DNA of 64,000 nucleotides from the NCBI RefSeq assembly GCF_004010195.1, contig NC_057710.1, positions 132,341,254-132,405,253 on the forward strand, read 5' to 3'. This DNA comes from Chiloscyllium plagiosum (lineage: Eukaryota). A model generated the notes under the pieces. That model made no database searches, had not been told where the DNA came from, and saw nothing but the letters and a program-made list of their open reading frames with translations. This document shows positions 37,948-50,905 of this stretch, piece after piece (positions within the stretch are counted from its first letter, which is position 1; every line of letters begins with the position of its first letter). Made by a program: the position numbers and the translations under genes.

Positions 37948-38869
37948 CCCTCAGCTCCTCTAATCTATCCTTCCTTCCAAAGTTCATAATCTCACATTCT
38001 CCCACTTTATACTCCACCTGCCAAGATTTACCCACATGCTTTACTTGTCTATATCCCTCGGTGGACCCTTGGAACCATCCTTAGTACTTAGCTACTCACA
38101 TATTTTTGTGTCATCTGCTAAATTAACTATAGTACATTCACTTTCCTCATCCAGGTCATTAGTGAATTTAGTAAAAAGTTGTGACCCAGCACTGATCCAT
38201 GTTGCACTCCACCAGTTATATGAAGCTATCCTGAAAATGTTCCCTCTTATCCCAACTCTTTCTCTACAATTAGTTCACCAATCTTCTCACCATGCTACCT
38301 CCAACACAATTATTATCTTATGAAATAACTTAAAGTGTGATACCTCATCAAACGCCTTCTGAAAATCCAAATCCATCTATTACTTTTCCTTCAACTATCC
38401 TGCTTGTTACATTCTCTAAAAATTCTAATAAATCTGTCAGGCATAATTTCACTTTCATGAAGCTATGCTGACTCTGCTTGATCACATTATATATCCCTAA
38501 ATGCTCTGCTTTGCATTCTTAATAATAGATTCTAACATATCCCAGTAACGTATGTTAAGTAACTGACCTATAGTTACCTGCATTTTGCATCTTTAATTAG
38601 ATTGTGTTTTCAATCAAAATGTCACAAAGGTGAAAATTGAACTCAATAGTGAAGCTTAGTTAATTGCATATCAGTTTATTGTGGATGTATTTTCAAACAT
38701 TGGAAAACTTAAACTGTTTCCATATCATTTTGTAATGTGTGCAGGTGGAGAAGAACATGCATTTTTGAATATTTTGTTCATTGACAATGGTATGTAGATC
38801 TCTTTCTTTTATTCATAGCTATAACTGGTGACTGCTTTTGTGGAAGATCTTTGTTCAGTCTGCAACTTC

Positions 38870-39340
38870 ATTCTGAGTTTCCTATGACTTGTCATTTTAA
38901 TTCTAACCTTGCTCCCATTCTGACCTTTCTGTCCATGGCCTGATACAGTATTCTAATGAAGATCAATGCAAGCTCAAGTCACAGTACTTCATCTCTCAAC
39001 ATGGCGTTCTGTGACTTTCTCAATTCAACACTGAGTTCATCCACTTCTGTTCGATGTGTGTGCTTTTATTGACTTAAAGATCTTTATTTATCTCTTCATG
39101 TTGGGATAGACTGCAATACAATTGTTCACACTCATCTGGAGAGAACTTTATTTCTTCATTATATCAACTGCCATTTGGTTTTTGCATCTTAAATTGTTTA
39201 GTTTGTTAATCATTCTTGCTCTCCACCCTGTCACAAACATTCAATTTTCTTCTGCTGCCACCTCCCCTCTTTTAAGGCTTCAAAACTATAACTCTTCTAA
39301 CTTTTTTCCGTTGTTGTTAAATATAAAAATCATTGATGTG
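38870..39340 (+). mobile_element. Old PLE C-terminus and 3' UTR
   Basis: HFNS..SHSDLSVHGL..EDQCKL-like remnant typical of Neptune-like GIY-YIG tails. Confidence 0.55.
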
Positions 39341-39344
39341 GAGC

Positions 39345-40245
39345 ATTAAACAGAAAATAAAGAACTGCAGATGCTGGAAACCTGAAACCAAAACAGAAAA
39401 TCTTCGTGAAACTTGGTAGGTCTGGCAAGAAAGCAGACTTAATGTTTTGAGCCCAGTGACTCATCATCAGAACTGGTAGCAGCTAGGAAGGAGTGGTATT
39501 TCTGCTGAAGCAATTGGGGAGGATGTTGAGGGAGGCGAGCGGATAGGTGAAGATGCAGCCCAGAGAGAGATATGAAAGTCAGAATTGTTGGTATCGACCA
39601 AATAGAAGGGAAGCTGAAGAAGTGATAATGAAAGCTGAGAGAAGGAGAGAATGGGTTGGCTGTGCTGAAAGCAACCCGTGCTACCTCCAACACAATTATT
39701 ACTTTATGAAGTAACTTCATGTGTGGTACCTTATCAAACACCTTCTGAAAATCCAAATCCATCCACTACCTTGCCTTCACCTATCCTGCTTGTTACATTC
39801 TCAGAAACTTCTGATAAATCTGAAAGCAACCCACACGACCAGGGTGTGGGAGTTGATAAACAGCAGGAAAGTTTGGAATCAGGCTCTAAAGTTATTAAAC
39901 TCAATGCTGAATCCCAGAGGCTGTGGGGTCCCCAAGCGGAAAATGAGATGCTGTTTTTTGAGCTTGTGCTATGCCTTGCTGGAACACTGCTGGAGGCCTG
40001 AGACAGAACTGTTGGCCAGGTGGTGGATTGACATGGCAAGCATCTGGAAGTTCAGGATTGTATTTACAGTCAAGACGCCGGTTCTGCAAAGCGGTCTGCA
40101 CTTCACCTTCCCAGTGTCAAGGAGACCACACTATGAGCAGCAAATACATCAAACTTGGTTGAATGAAGTGCAGGTAAATCACTGCTTCACCTGAAAGGAA
40201 TTTCTGAGACCTGGCTAGCGAGGAGGGAGGGGGTAAATTGGCAGC
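39345..40245 (-). mobile_element. Old PLE: GIY-YIG relic (39833-40245) and family C pLTR (39345-39677)
   Basis: Minus strand FQVKQ*FTCTSFNQV*CICCS*CGLL; decayed CTGATGA core near 39465-39471. Confidence 0.7.
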
Positions 40246-40344
40246 TGTCAATGATAGTAAACTTCTTGATTATTTTTGGAGCTGCATTCATCCAGGTAAT
40301 TGGAAAGTACTTAAATCATACTCTTTACCTATGCCGCGGAGATA

Positions 40345-40565
40345 GGGGGAATAATAAACCAGAGAAAGGCTGTCACCTCAGTAGCTCTAACAGCATCTCT
40401 GGAGAGAAAGTCAAGCTAAAATTTCATTTCCAGTGATCCTTCTTCAGAACAAGGGTCACTGAATGTGAAATGTTAACTCTGCTTTCTCTGTGCGGATGTT
40501 GCCAGGCCTGCTGAGTTTCTCAGGCAATTTCTGTTTTTTTTTGTTTCAGATTTCCAGCATTTGTT
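40345..40565. mobile_element. Fold-back PLE pLTR family C
   Basis: cagtgatccttcttcagaac / aagggtcactg inverted centre; tail gccaggcctgctgagtttctc...ttccagcat. Confidence 0.65.
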
Positions 40566-40934
40566 TTATTTTATTATAAAGGCCTGTTTTGTTGAGTTGA
40601 AAAATGCACAATGCCAGTACATGTCCCCTTTCTGCTGTAAACAAATCCTGTTCAACCCTTGAGCTGGCAATCAATCAGACCATGCATTCTGTCCATGACA
40701 GTGTATTTGTCATCCAGCAGGGACACCACCTTCATGAATTTATCTCAGATTTTCTCTTCTCTCCTCAAACATCCTTGATCCATAGGTGCTGCTGACATCA
40801 TTCTTAACTGCATCATTTCAGAGATTGTTGTGCACACTAATCAATCTGTGAATGCTGCATGCATTGTCTCTGACACAGTAGCCAAGCCCTGAATTACCCA
40901 TGTTAGGTCTCAGTCCATATTGAGCTCTACATGT

Positions 40935-41440
40935 TATAGAGTTATACTGCATGGAAACAGACCCTTCGATCCAACCAGTCCATCTAAACATTATCCCAAA
41001 TCTCATCCCACCTGCCTGCTCCTGGTCCATATCCCTCCAAACCTTTCCTATTCATGTACTTATCCAAATGTCTTTTAAACATGATAATTGTACCCACATC
41101 TACTACTTCCATAGGAAATTCATTCCACATGCAAATCACCTTTATGTAAAAAAAAATTGCCCCTCATGTCTTTTTTAAATCTCTCTCCTTTCACTTTAAA
41201 AATGTGCCCTCTACTCTTGAAATCCCCCATCCTGGAGAGAAGACACCTATCACTAATCCCATCTGTACTCCTTATGATTTTATAAACTTGTAACAGATGA
41301 TCTCTCAAACTCCTAGGCTCCAGTAAAAAAAAGTCCCAGTCTATCCAGCCTTTCTTTATAACTCAGGCCTTCCATCTCCTGCAACATTCTGGTAAATCTC
41401 TTCTGAATCCTCTTCAGTTTGATAATATCCTTCCTATAAC
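40935..41440 (-). mobile_element. CR1 3' end
   Basis: Minus ORF 41120-41308 LQVYKIIR..SRGHIFKVKGERFKKDMRGNFF; tail. Confidence 0.85.
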
Positions 41441-42042
41441 TTTTTTATTCCCAGCAATTTGTAGACTTACTTAATCATTCATTCTATCAAGTATGTTCCT
41501 GGTGTGAATCCATCTGTAATGGTATTCCCCAAAGAGAGATTAGCCCTTCCATCATTACATGATCAACAGTTGTGGCTGAACAATCTTGTGGGGGATAGGC
41601 TTCTATCCACCTTGCAAATTGAGCAATAATGAATGAACAATAGCTTTCCCCAACTCTGTGTGAGAGCTCCTGTGAAATTTATTTGTAACTGCTGACATGG
41701 CCTATTGTGTTGTGACTTGTGTGATTTTCAGATTCTGACTGATCTTCCTCAGTTATATTGGCACATAGCAGGCATCACTAACAATGCTTTTTTGCATGAC
41801 TTTTGAAAAGACCCTTAATTTTTTGTTTTGGTGAGCAGTCCCTCCAGGTCTATCTGAAACTGTAAGTCAATGCATTGGCACACCAATTGGCATTTGCAAA
41901 ACCTTAGAACATTGGCTCTTCCATTCCATGCCACCACCAGCAGCTGCCCAACCTTCCCAAGATGGCTTCCCTCCTCTGTAGTGCATTTCTCTGGTATATT
42001 TTCATAAGGTTATGCTGAATGTAATGTGGAGCTAACACTATT

Positions 42043-42090
42043 TGCTCTCACTCTCTCTCTCTCTCTCTTTCTCTCTCCATCTCTCTCTCT
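42043..42090. repeat. (CT)n microsatellite
   Basis: Seen directly. Confidence 0.9.
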
Positions 42091-43919
42091 GTGCCAGATT
42101 CCAACAATGCCTTTTCCTGAACCCTGTTTTCCCATCACTATTTTTCACATCAACTACCAAATCAAACGGACTTAAAAGATCATACAGTTCTCCTTTTCTT
42201 AAACTGCATCCAACATGTGGATACTCTTTACTATTCCGAAGATAGTCCCCAAACTTCTTTTTTTCCAGTCCAAACTTAGTCCATACATACGATTCTCATT
42301 TGACTTCCTTTTCACTATAACCTATCCAAGTCCCAAACTGATATATTCAATTGAATTCACTCTGACAAATGATTCAAAGTTCACAAAGCAAAACATGTTC
42401 CAAGCCCCTAAAAGATATGGACATTGGCAAGAAAGTTGGGAAGATCATGTGTGATGGTCAGTGAGGAGTTTCTCAACATCAAGAGCAAAAGATCCCATTT
42501 CCAAACAAGTGTTGAATGGTGAGACAAGACTTCTACCAGTGAGCAGTGAGAATCCTATTTGCATGTATTAATATCTGGTTATTAGTTAATCTCATCTCAC
42601 CTCACTGCATGTCATGGCACATCTCCAATCCACTTGCAACACAGTTCTTCATTTCCATATGCCACATAGGAGCACCCAGCATGCTTCATTGCAATACTAC
42701 TGCAAGGCTACTTTTCACACAGGGACAGTCACCCACTGGACGTGATTGCATCTCAGGACTGCTCACTTACTCTCATAGCACTGAGTCACTTTGCACCTGC
42801 TTGGATGCTCACAGCAGCTCTGCCTTGCCTTACTGTGCATTTTTGCATTAGTGCTCACAGTGCTTCAACCTCGACATGCCTTTTAGCACAGTCAAATCAA
42901 TGGAGACATCCATCAGTCAGGCAGTGCCAGCACAGTAGGTCAAGGGCAGCTCCAGTCCCAGCAGCTTGGATACAGTTACATGGCCACTTAAGTAGTCAAG
43001 GTAAGCAAGTCCATACTTCTACAGTCCACAAACTGGATCACAATCAACCCTGAGTCCTGGAAAACTATACTGTCCAATTAAATATTCTTACAATCTTTCT
43101 AACAGAAATCAAACATTTTTATTTAATTCTAAACACTAATATCTCCTGCATGTTCATTTGATACACTTAGATTTAATTTCAGTTTTTCAAAAATAAATTG
43201 CTGAATTCCTTTAGACATTGCCCATCTAAAAAAAAATTCCAAGTACAAATAACAGTATTGTTGGGCTAACAGATTTACCTTTTTCAAAATTTTTTTTTCG
43301 AAACTTATTGCTTTCCACAAATGTCTGTGCATTCATTTGCTTGTTTTAAAATTCCTTGTCCTACCTAAGGACTTGATGTTCTTTGCTGGTTGTCTTCCAG
43401 AAAATAAAATAAAGGAAACAAATAAAAGGGCATTGTGTCTCTGTCAGGATCCCAATACGTGATTCAATATATTCGACAACACCTGTTAATAAACTTTTTA
43501 AAAATGAATAACATGCAAAAATACAAAGCTATGTGGAGGTAGACCAAAACAAAATCTTCCTGATTTCACGGGGCAGAGCAAAGCACTTCAAGTTGTCTTA
43601 CCTGACATTTTCTTCACTGACTTCCACTGGAAACTTTGTTTTCTGACTTGTCTCCTGAAAACAACTTTTATGTATTTTATCAGACATTTACCTACCCTGT
43701 GCAGTTTTAGTTTCCTGCCAGCATGGCTTTAACTGATTTGTTCTGCCTGTAGCTTCTAGACAGCATGACCTATTTGCATAGCTTTGGCTCTCCCATCCTG
43801 CCAGCACAGTTCTGCCTGCTCACCCAACACCTCCACTCCTTAGTCTTCCTTCAGATTCTTTAGAACCCTCCCCCACATTATTTCATTATGTCTCCCTGCC
43901 TTACATATGGATGGGTGAT

Positions 43920-44035
43920 GTTCCTGATGAAACGTCGACTCTCCTGCTCCTTGGATGCTGCCTGACCAGCTTTTCTTTTCCAATATCACACTTTTCGACT
44001 CCAACTCTCCAACATCTGTAGTCCTCACGTTCTCC
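43920..44035 (+). mobile_element. PLE pLTR family A with hammerhead stem II deleted
   Basis: cctgatgaaacgtcgactctcctgctcc... Confidence 0.75.
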
Positions 44036-44212
44036 ATATCTATAGGTGGGAACAAAGAACATACTCACCTGAATACAAGTCAGTACTGGGACTAACAAAA
44101 TATTCTTCTGACTATGCCAGATGCTTTTGTGGTTCAACTTGACAAACCACCAGTACACTTGTACAGCTTATGATTGTTCATCAACTGTACACAAGGGGAA
44201 ATTAGATCCCCT

Positions 44213-44310
44213 TCACCACAATCACCTGATGAAGCAGCTGCTCTCTGAAAGCTAGTGCTTCCAAATAAATCTGTTGGACTATAACCTGGTGTTGTGTGAT
44301 TTTTAACTTA
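44213..44310 (+). mobile_element. PLE pLTR family B
   Basis: cac-CTGATGA...GAAAGCTA-gtg followed by ttggactataacctggtgttgtgtg. Confidence 0.75.
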
Positions 44311-44849
44311 TTTCCACAGTACGCATAGCAGACATTACTCATATCCAACCAAGCCCCCCCCCCCCACCCCATTTTGCTGATTGTGCAGTCAATGCTGCAT
44401 TCCTTTTTCTATCACTCACTCCATGACCTGGCTGTTGGTCATCTGGTCTACTGTCCCTATTCTACTTACCTCATTTTCCTTTAATACTTCTAAGTGAAAC
44501 TGTGTATAGCCCTTTCAATTATAGCTTCAATCATTTCATCAGTTCAAGCCTGAATACTGTCCAAGTCTCACAATAAGGCCGCATACACTATTTCGGTTTG
44601 AGGAGCCATGGATGGTCCTGAACACTATGCAACCATCAGTGAGCATTCCCTTTTCCAATCTTGTGGTGAGGAGATGGCCATTGATGAATCAGCTAAAGAT
44701 GGTTTGGCTGTGACTTCTGCAGAGATACCCTGAAGCTGAGATGATGGCCTTCAGCCAGCACAACCTCTTACTATGAACTAAGTATGAGATCATTCAAGGG
44801 GACTATTCCTTAATTCCCACTGACTTCAATTTTGGTAATCCTCCTGGAC

Positions 44850-45375
44850 TGAGAGTGTGGTGTTGGAAAAGCACAGCAGGTCAGGCAGCATCCGAGGAGC
44901 AGGAGAATCGACGTTTCAGGCATAAGCCCTTCAACAGGAATGAGGCTTGTTCCTGATTTTTTAGATTCCCTACAGTGTGGAAACAGGCCACCCTGACCCT
45001 CCGAAGAGCAACCCAACCAGACCCATTCCCCTACATTTATCCCTGACGAATGCACTTAACACTATAGGCAATTTAGCATGGCCAATTCACCTAACCTGTA
45101 CATGTTTAGACTGTGGGAAGAAACCAGAGCACCTGGAGGAAACCCACGCAGACACGGGGAGAGTATGCAAACTCCACACAGATGGTTGCCCGAGGTGGGA
45201 ACTGAACCCGGGTCCCTGGCACTGTGAGGCGGCAGTGCTAACCACTGAGCCACCAAGGGCTTATGACCAAAACATCAATTCTCCTGCTCCTCAGATGCTG
45301 CCTGACCTGATGTGTTTTTCTAGCACCACACTCTCGACTCTGATCTCCAGTACCTGCAGTTCTCACTTTCTCCTT
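44850..45375. mobile_element. Composite: opposed family A pLTR arms enclosing an HE1 SINE (about 44960-45255, minus)
   Basis: atcctcctggac duplicated at 44838-44849 and 45376-45387. Confidence 0.8.
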
Positions 45376-46214
45376 ATCCTCCTGGACGCCGCACTCAATC
45401 AATTGCTGGCTTCATATCCAGGTCAATCACTTTCATTTCACTGTTAGAATCCAGCTGTTTTGTCCATACTGGAACCAAGGCTTAGGAGGACAGTGTGCTG
45501 GGGGATCCAGGGAGTAAAGGAATATGGAAGCAGGGTGGTCACACGAGAGTTTAGGATTATCAGTCAAGTGGATCATGGACAGAAAAATGGACTGCTTAAT
45601 CCAAAAAGGCTGACAGGACAAAAGAGAATTTTTGGATATAAAATGCAGCTAGATTCATTGTTTATATGTAAGCATATGTATTTAATTTATATTCATACCA
45701 ATGTAATATGTATACATATTGATGTGGAAGGGATTTTTTTTTTCTTTCCAGAATTCTGCATCCTATGGGATTGTTAGAACAAGAGTGGGCCTCTTTGTGT
45801 TGAACTGAATTTAAATCACATAAAAATTAAAGCTAAATCTAATACAATAGCTCATGGCTGTTACTGCTTGAAAGACCAGTCAGGTGCCTAGAAGTTTAAT
45901 CCACATTGCTATGTCTGGGGAAAGTTGTTAATTTTCAGTTAAGCAACCTATTTTTCTTCGTAGTAAATGCATTATGCAGGTAATTTAACAAAATTGCATT
46001 TCCAATAGGGGACTGCATCTTCTGGGGTACATAATCAAAATTTTTACAAATACCTCAACAATTTTCTTGTCCATTAATTAGGTCTGTCAACAGTCTCATA
46101 CAGCTTGCTTGACAAAACTACGAATCTTCACAAAGATATCAAGTGGATGTGAATGCCTTACTCCACGCCACTAAACTGAATTAGATGCCAATAAAAAGAT
46201 CATCAACTTTTTCT

Positions 46215-46530
46215 TTAAAGCAAAGAAATGCAGATTCTGGAAATCTGAAACAAAAAATACAAATTGCTGGAGAAACTCAGCAGGTCTGGCAGCACCTGTG
46301 GAGAAAAAGCAGAGTTAATGTTTTGCATCCAGTGACCCTTCTTCAGAACAAGACCAGATATTGCTGGAGAAACTCAGCAGGTCTGGCAACATCTGTGGAC
46401 AGAAAACAGTCAACCTTTTAGGTCCAGAGCCCTTTCTTCAGAATCCTGATTTTAAATAACAGTAACTCTGTTTTGTCTCTACAGATGCTGCCAGACCTGC
46501 CGAGTTTCACCAGCACTTTACATTTTGGAT
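46215..46530. mobile_element. PLE pLTR family C: tandem dimer (minus) plus inverted arm
   Basis: ttgctggagaaactcagcaggtctggca at about 46264 and 46361; each unit ends in ttcttcagaa (reverse complement of ttCTGAAGAA). Confidence 0.75.
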
Positions 46531-47529
46531 CAAGTTTTATTTAGTGCACTTTGACCTTCATTAGCTTTCATGGACTTTCCAGGTAAAAGCAATAAAACCT
46601 CCTGTACAAGTTGGCTGAAAAGGATCAGCTTGTCTATCGAGCCTGTCCTGTGACAACAACATGACAGATCCTCAAATCTCCCTGCTCACCCTCATCACAA
46701 CTACAATTCTATGATTCTAACAACAACACCAGACAAACTCTTGGAAGGCAACCATGAGATTTGTAAAAAAAATGTAGAGAAACCTCTTTCTGAACCACAA
46801 AGGTAATGAAAAATGATTTCCAGGAAATATCAAAAAGAACAAGGTGCATTACCCGAGACCTCAGCTGCCATTCCTACACTTCACCAGTAACTTTCTTTTC
46901 AGAGAATGTGACAAATCTGCCATCACCACATGAGCTGATAACTTATTTTAAATATCAGTGACTCCTATGAAAAGAAAACCTCTTGGAATCTAATTCTATG
47001 TTTAACTACTTATATGTATAACCACATATTCTTTCTAACCTACCTAATTCACATAATCTATTCTTTTGGGCATATAAAGGATGCATTTATCATTGATGCA
47101 GGTTCAATGTTCTATAGCAGGGATGGTTTAAGGGGAAATCCAATAGAATAATTAAAAATTGTCAGATGTTATTATAACGTAGAGAGACATTACTTCCTCT
47201 GTAAGTGGGGTGGTAAACAAAGGTTGTCGATTTTAAATATGTGGTCTAAAGAACTAGAGTGTGCCATGTTCACAAGACATAGAGATTTTTTTTAAAATAC
47301 ACTTTCGTGGCAGAATTTTCAAAAGGACTTTACTAGGCTATACTAGTTTTAAGGTATTTTCCAAATAAACTAAGAATTCATCCATATGACTACCTCTGAC
47401 TAATTTAATTTTTCCAAATCTACATGATGATTAAAGACACCCATGATTAATGTACTATTTTTTTTATATGACTTCATTGTCTCCTGGTTTATTCTCTGTT
47501 TTACAGTATAGTTACTGTTAGCAAGCTAT

Positions 47530-47820
47530 AAATTAAACCCACCAGTGCTTTCTCATCCCACCAATATAGACATTACACCTCCCAATCCAAGATCATTTCT
47601 TGCCATCATACTTATCCTAATTCATACTAACAAAGCCACTTTACCAACCATTCCTCCCTGTCTGTCCTTTTGAAAAATCACATACCCCTGAACAGTTAGC
47701 TCCCAGTTTTAATCTTGTTGTAGCCACATCTCCTTAATGGACATAAGATCATACCCATTAACTCTATTTGTGCCATTAATTAATTAATTCTGTTCCAAAT
47801 ACTATGTGTATTTAAGATCC
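47530..47820 (-). mobile_element. Degraded CR1 endonuclease-region fragment
   Basis: Minus strand YDLMSIKEMWLQ...GYVIFQKDRQGGMVGKVALLV. Confidence 0.6.
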
Positions 47821-48776
47821 ATAAATTTTACCTTTTTAGTATTATTACCCTTTTGACCTTATTTGCTGTTGTTTGGTAGGTTTGATACAGCAGTGTAATT
47901 TCTCTAGATTTGAATTACTGTTGCCACCTTGCCTGAATGTTCAGAATTCAGTATCAATGTCTCCATTTTACAGATAAAGGTTTAACATGCTGCTTGTGGT
48001 CTTCTTGCACTTCATTTCCATGAGCTCTACAGGCCTATGGCCTGCTTCCATACTGTAGGGATTCTATAAATTCTATAAATTGTCATTTTTTCAATCACAC
48101 TTCAGCAGCTGTAGGAGTGCACTAAAATGGCCAAGGATATTCTGAGATGTGAGTGAGCTGTTAATGTTGGAAGGAGGAGGGCAAACAGACAGCAGTTATC
48201 TTTATTGTACTTTTAATAAATTTAAATCTGCCAAGTTTCGGACAAGATATCAAGAATTTCCTTTGAAATATATTAATTGCAAGTTGGTCTCTAGCTGAGT
48301 GAAAGGTGATGAGTTAATATGGGACCCAGTCCCAGATGGGCTCTACATACAATCCCTGCAGAGATATAATGGCACTTCATAAGATTAATGTTTGAAATAA
48401 TTTTAGGATTTTGTTTTTTCTCAAAAAGTCCTTGAATCCAAGTATATATTCAAATGACTTTTTGATACTTTTAGAGCACACAGTACTGTTACAATAGAGG
48501 ATGGAGAAGTGCGCTGGTTTTCTCTATTTTCACCACTCTATTTTCACAGTATGTATTTAAAGGCTTTACACAGATGCAAATATGGTCAATTATAGTTTGT
48601 ACAAAAAAATTAGAATACAAAAAGAAAATCGAGAACCAGTTTTCCTTAATAAACAATAATAATATTGTATCATTATTGCAACAAGACTTATTCAACATAA
48701 ATGCACAGCTCCAAAACAGTTTGGAATAAGAATGCATAAATATTAACCCTTCTAAATTAACACATGCAGAAAATTC

Positions 48777-48932
48777 AGTGGTTAGCACTACTGCCTCACA
48801 GTGCCAGGGACCTGGGTTCTATTCCACCCCTCAGATGACTGTCTCTGTGGGGTTATGTGGTCTGGGATGCTCTTTGGAGGGTAATTGCAGACTTAATGGG
48901 CTGAATGACCTCTTGCTGCCCTGTAGGGATTC
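48777..48932 (+). mobile_element. Internally deleted HE1 SINE
   Basis: cagtggttagcactactgcctcacag..gggttctattcc head joined to ctgtagggattc tail. Confidence 0.7.
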
Positions 48933-49619
48933 CTGTAAATTTGCTGCAATTAGTTTTTCACCCTCCCCCCCCACATTGGTTCTCTCGAAACGGTTTCTAT
49001 AAAAATTGGGAAAGAATGATGGGTGGCTTCTCTCTTTTTAGATTACATCCCAGCTCTGAACAATACTCCCAAAAACTCTTGGCAGCAACAAGCTCTGAAA
49101 TATCACTTCTCAGTAAACTGATTCAAGCAGTTCCAAAGTCTGTAAGGCTTGGGCTCTTTCTTTGGCTGAATTGTCACTTCCAGTAAGTGTGCCTTCTTAA
49201 AAAAAACTGTGAAGTGTCATTCTGGTAAACTTAAATAAAAAGATCCTGGCATCTCCTCTGTCTCAAATGAACCAATTTTCACAATCTTTTCAACATCTGT
49301 CCTCAAATATTACCAATGGAAATTCTTTCATAACAGGATACAGAAGAATCAAATCCTATTTGAAGGACATGCGGCTTTTTTGAATTTTCTCTTTGAGGCT
49401 GTCTTTCTTACCTATTTTCTCTGTTCATCTCACAACCAACAAACAGGGCAAAAATGATTCAGCAAGGGTTAAAATCTAAAATGATCTATAGCCAGAACTG
49501 CAGTGTGCAAAAACAAACTTAGAGTAACGTAAATTTCATTGTTAAATGTGCTACCCAGCTAGAAACAGATCAGGCTGTTAAAGAAGCCAAACCAAAGAGG
49601 CAGATAAATGACACAACAC

Positions 49620-50135
49620 TGGAGTTCAGGCTCAGGTCCTGAGCAGCTCTGTGATGCAGGACTCTTCGCTCTATGTTATGTTCCCTGGGACGCACACCAA
49701 GACAAACATCGACAGTGCGTGGAGGACCATTAATTCACAGAAGACAATCTTTGGTCTGCCCAAAACTTATTGGTCTGGCAGACCAAGGAGTTGACCTTGG
49801 CCAAGTGTTGCAGATTGGCACATTCCAAGATCCAGGTCTACGTGCTGAGGAACATACTAAAGCTGCTGCTAAGACGCAGTAGGGAAAGATCACCATCTAC
49901 AGTCTTTCTGATGAAGTTAAATGGAGTCCATTCAGTCATTGGCACCATACCTGGGTGCCTCAAATTAATGTAAATATAGTCTTGAACAAGCAAGAAATGC
50001 CTTTGTTTTATTTGCTGGATAAAGTCAAACTCCAATGTTTGTTTGTGTCTTAATATGCTACTGTACAGAACAGAACTGCTTAAGTGGCAATGTATGTATA
50101 TAAAGATAGTTTTATGAATCAAGTATGTTTTTGAA
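49620..50135 (+). mobile_element. Tx1-clade LINE 3' end
   Basis: FPGTHTKTNIDSAWRTINS..LWSAQNLLV..KELTLAKCCRLAHSKIQVYVLR. Confidence 0.7.
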
Positions 50136-50574
50136 TTAAAAAGGAGTTCAGGATCAGGTCCAAAATCAGTTGTGAATTGTCTATCAACGCTGAGCTGGAA
50201 GACATGACTCATCTGTAATTTGGTATCAAGCAGTCTGTCAGGATGAATGTGATTGGTGATGAAGAAGCAGATAAAGAGGTGGGATTGGGTTTCACACACA
50301 TACTGTCTATAGAAGCATACACTATGCTACCAGATGTTGTAAGAATAGTCCAGCTGTCACAATCCACTTGGGAATGTATACCAATCTTAAACCCCATTCC
50401 TCCAGGGTTGTTACAAAAGTTAATGATTTAATCAATATACACAAAGCCCCGATTCACCTGAGTGTTGGAATCAAGTGAACAAAAAACACGATCAGATTTC
50501 TGTATCATGATCTACTGGTTATCACAAATAGGTATATTCTCTAGTCTTTCTGCATTTAAATAATATTTGGGTCC

Positions 50575-50905
50575 TCTATTCTTCCTGCTAAAGTGCATAA
50601 TCTCACATTTTCCCACATTATATTCCATCTGCCATGATTTACCCACTCATTTAGCTTGTCTATATCTCTTGGCAGACTCTTTGTGTCATCCCCATCACTT
50701 GCCCTCCCAACTATTTTTGTGTTATCTACCATCTTGGTTATAGTACATTCACTTTCTTCATCCAAGTTATTAATATATATTGCACATAATTGTGGTCCCA
50801 CCACTGATCCCTGTAGCATTCCATTAGTTACAGATTGCTATTCCGAAGATGCACCCTCTTTATCCCAACTCTCTCCTCTGTTAGGGGCCATTCTTCTATC
50901 CATGC
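50575..50905 (-). mobile_element. CR1 RT fragment
   Basis: ORF 50556-50819 LQGSVVGPQLCAIYINNLDE. Confidence 0.85.

Larger units (their letters stand above)
37170..38580 (-). mobile_element. Degraded CR1 RT and 3' end, interrupted by a pLTR
   Basis: Minus strand FQKAFD, KFADD-like, WQVEYKVGECEIMNFGR, LVRAQLEY. Confidence 0.8.

Noticed and set aside
43602-43654. 53-nt minus-strand exon-like segment with good splice signals
   Set aside because: No recognisable product or partner exon; surroundings look like an ancient repeat
50140-50560. ORFs 50243-50431 and 50209-50397 as host exons
   Set aside because: No recognisable domain; another frame (KQIKRWDWVSH) faintly resembles an RTE LINE C-terminus, too weak to call
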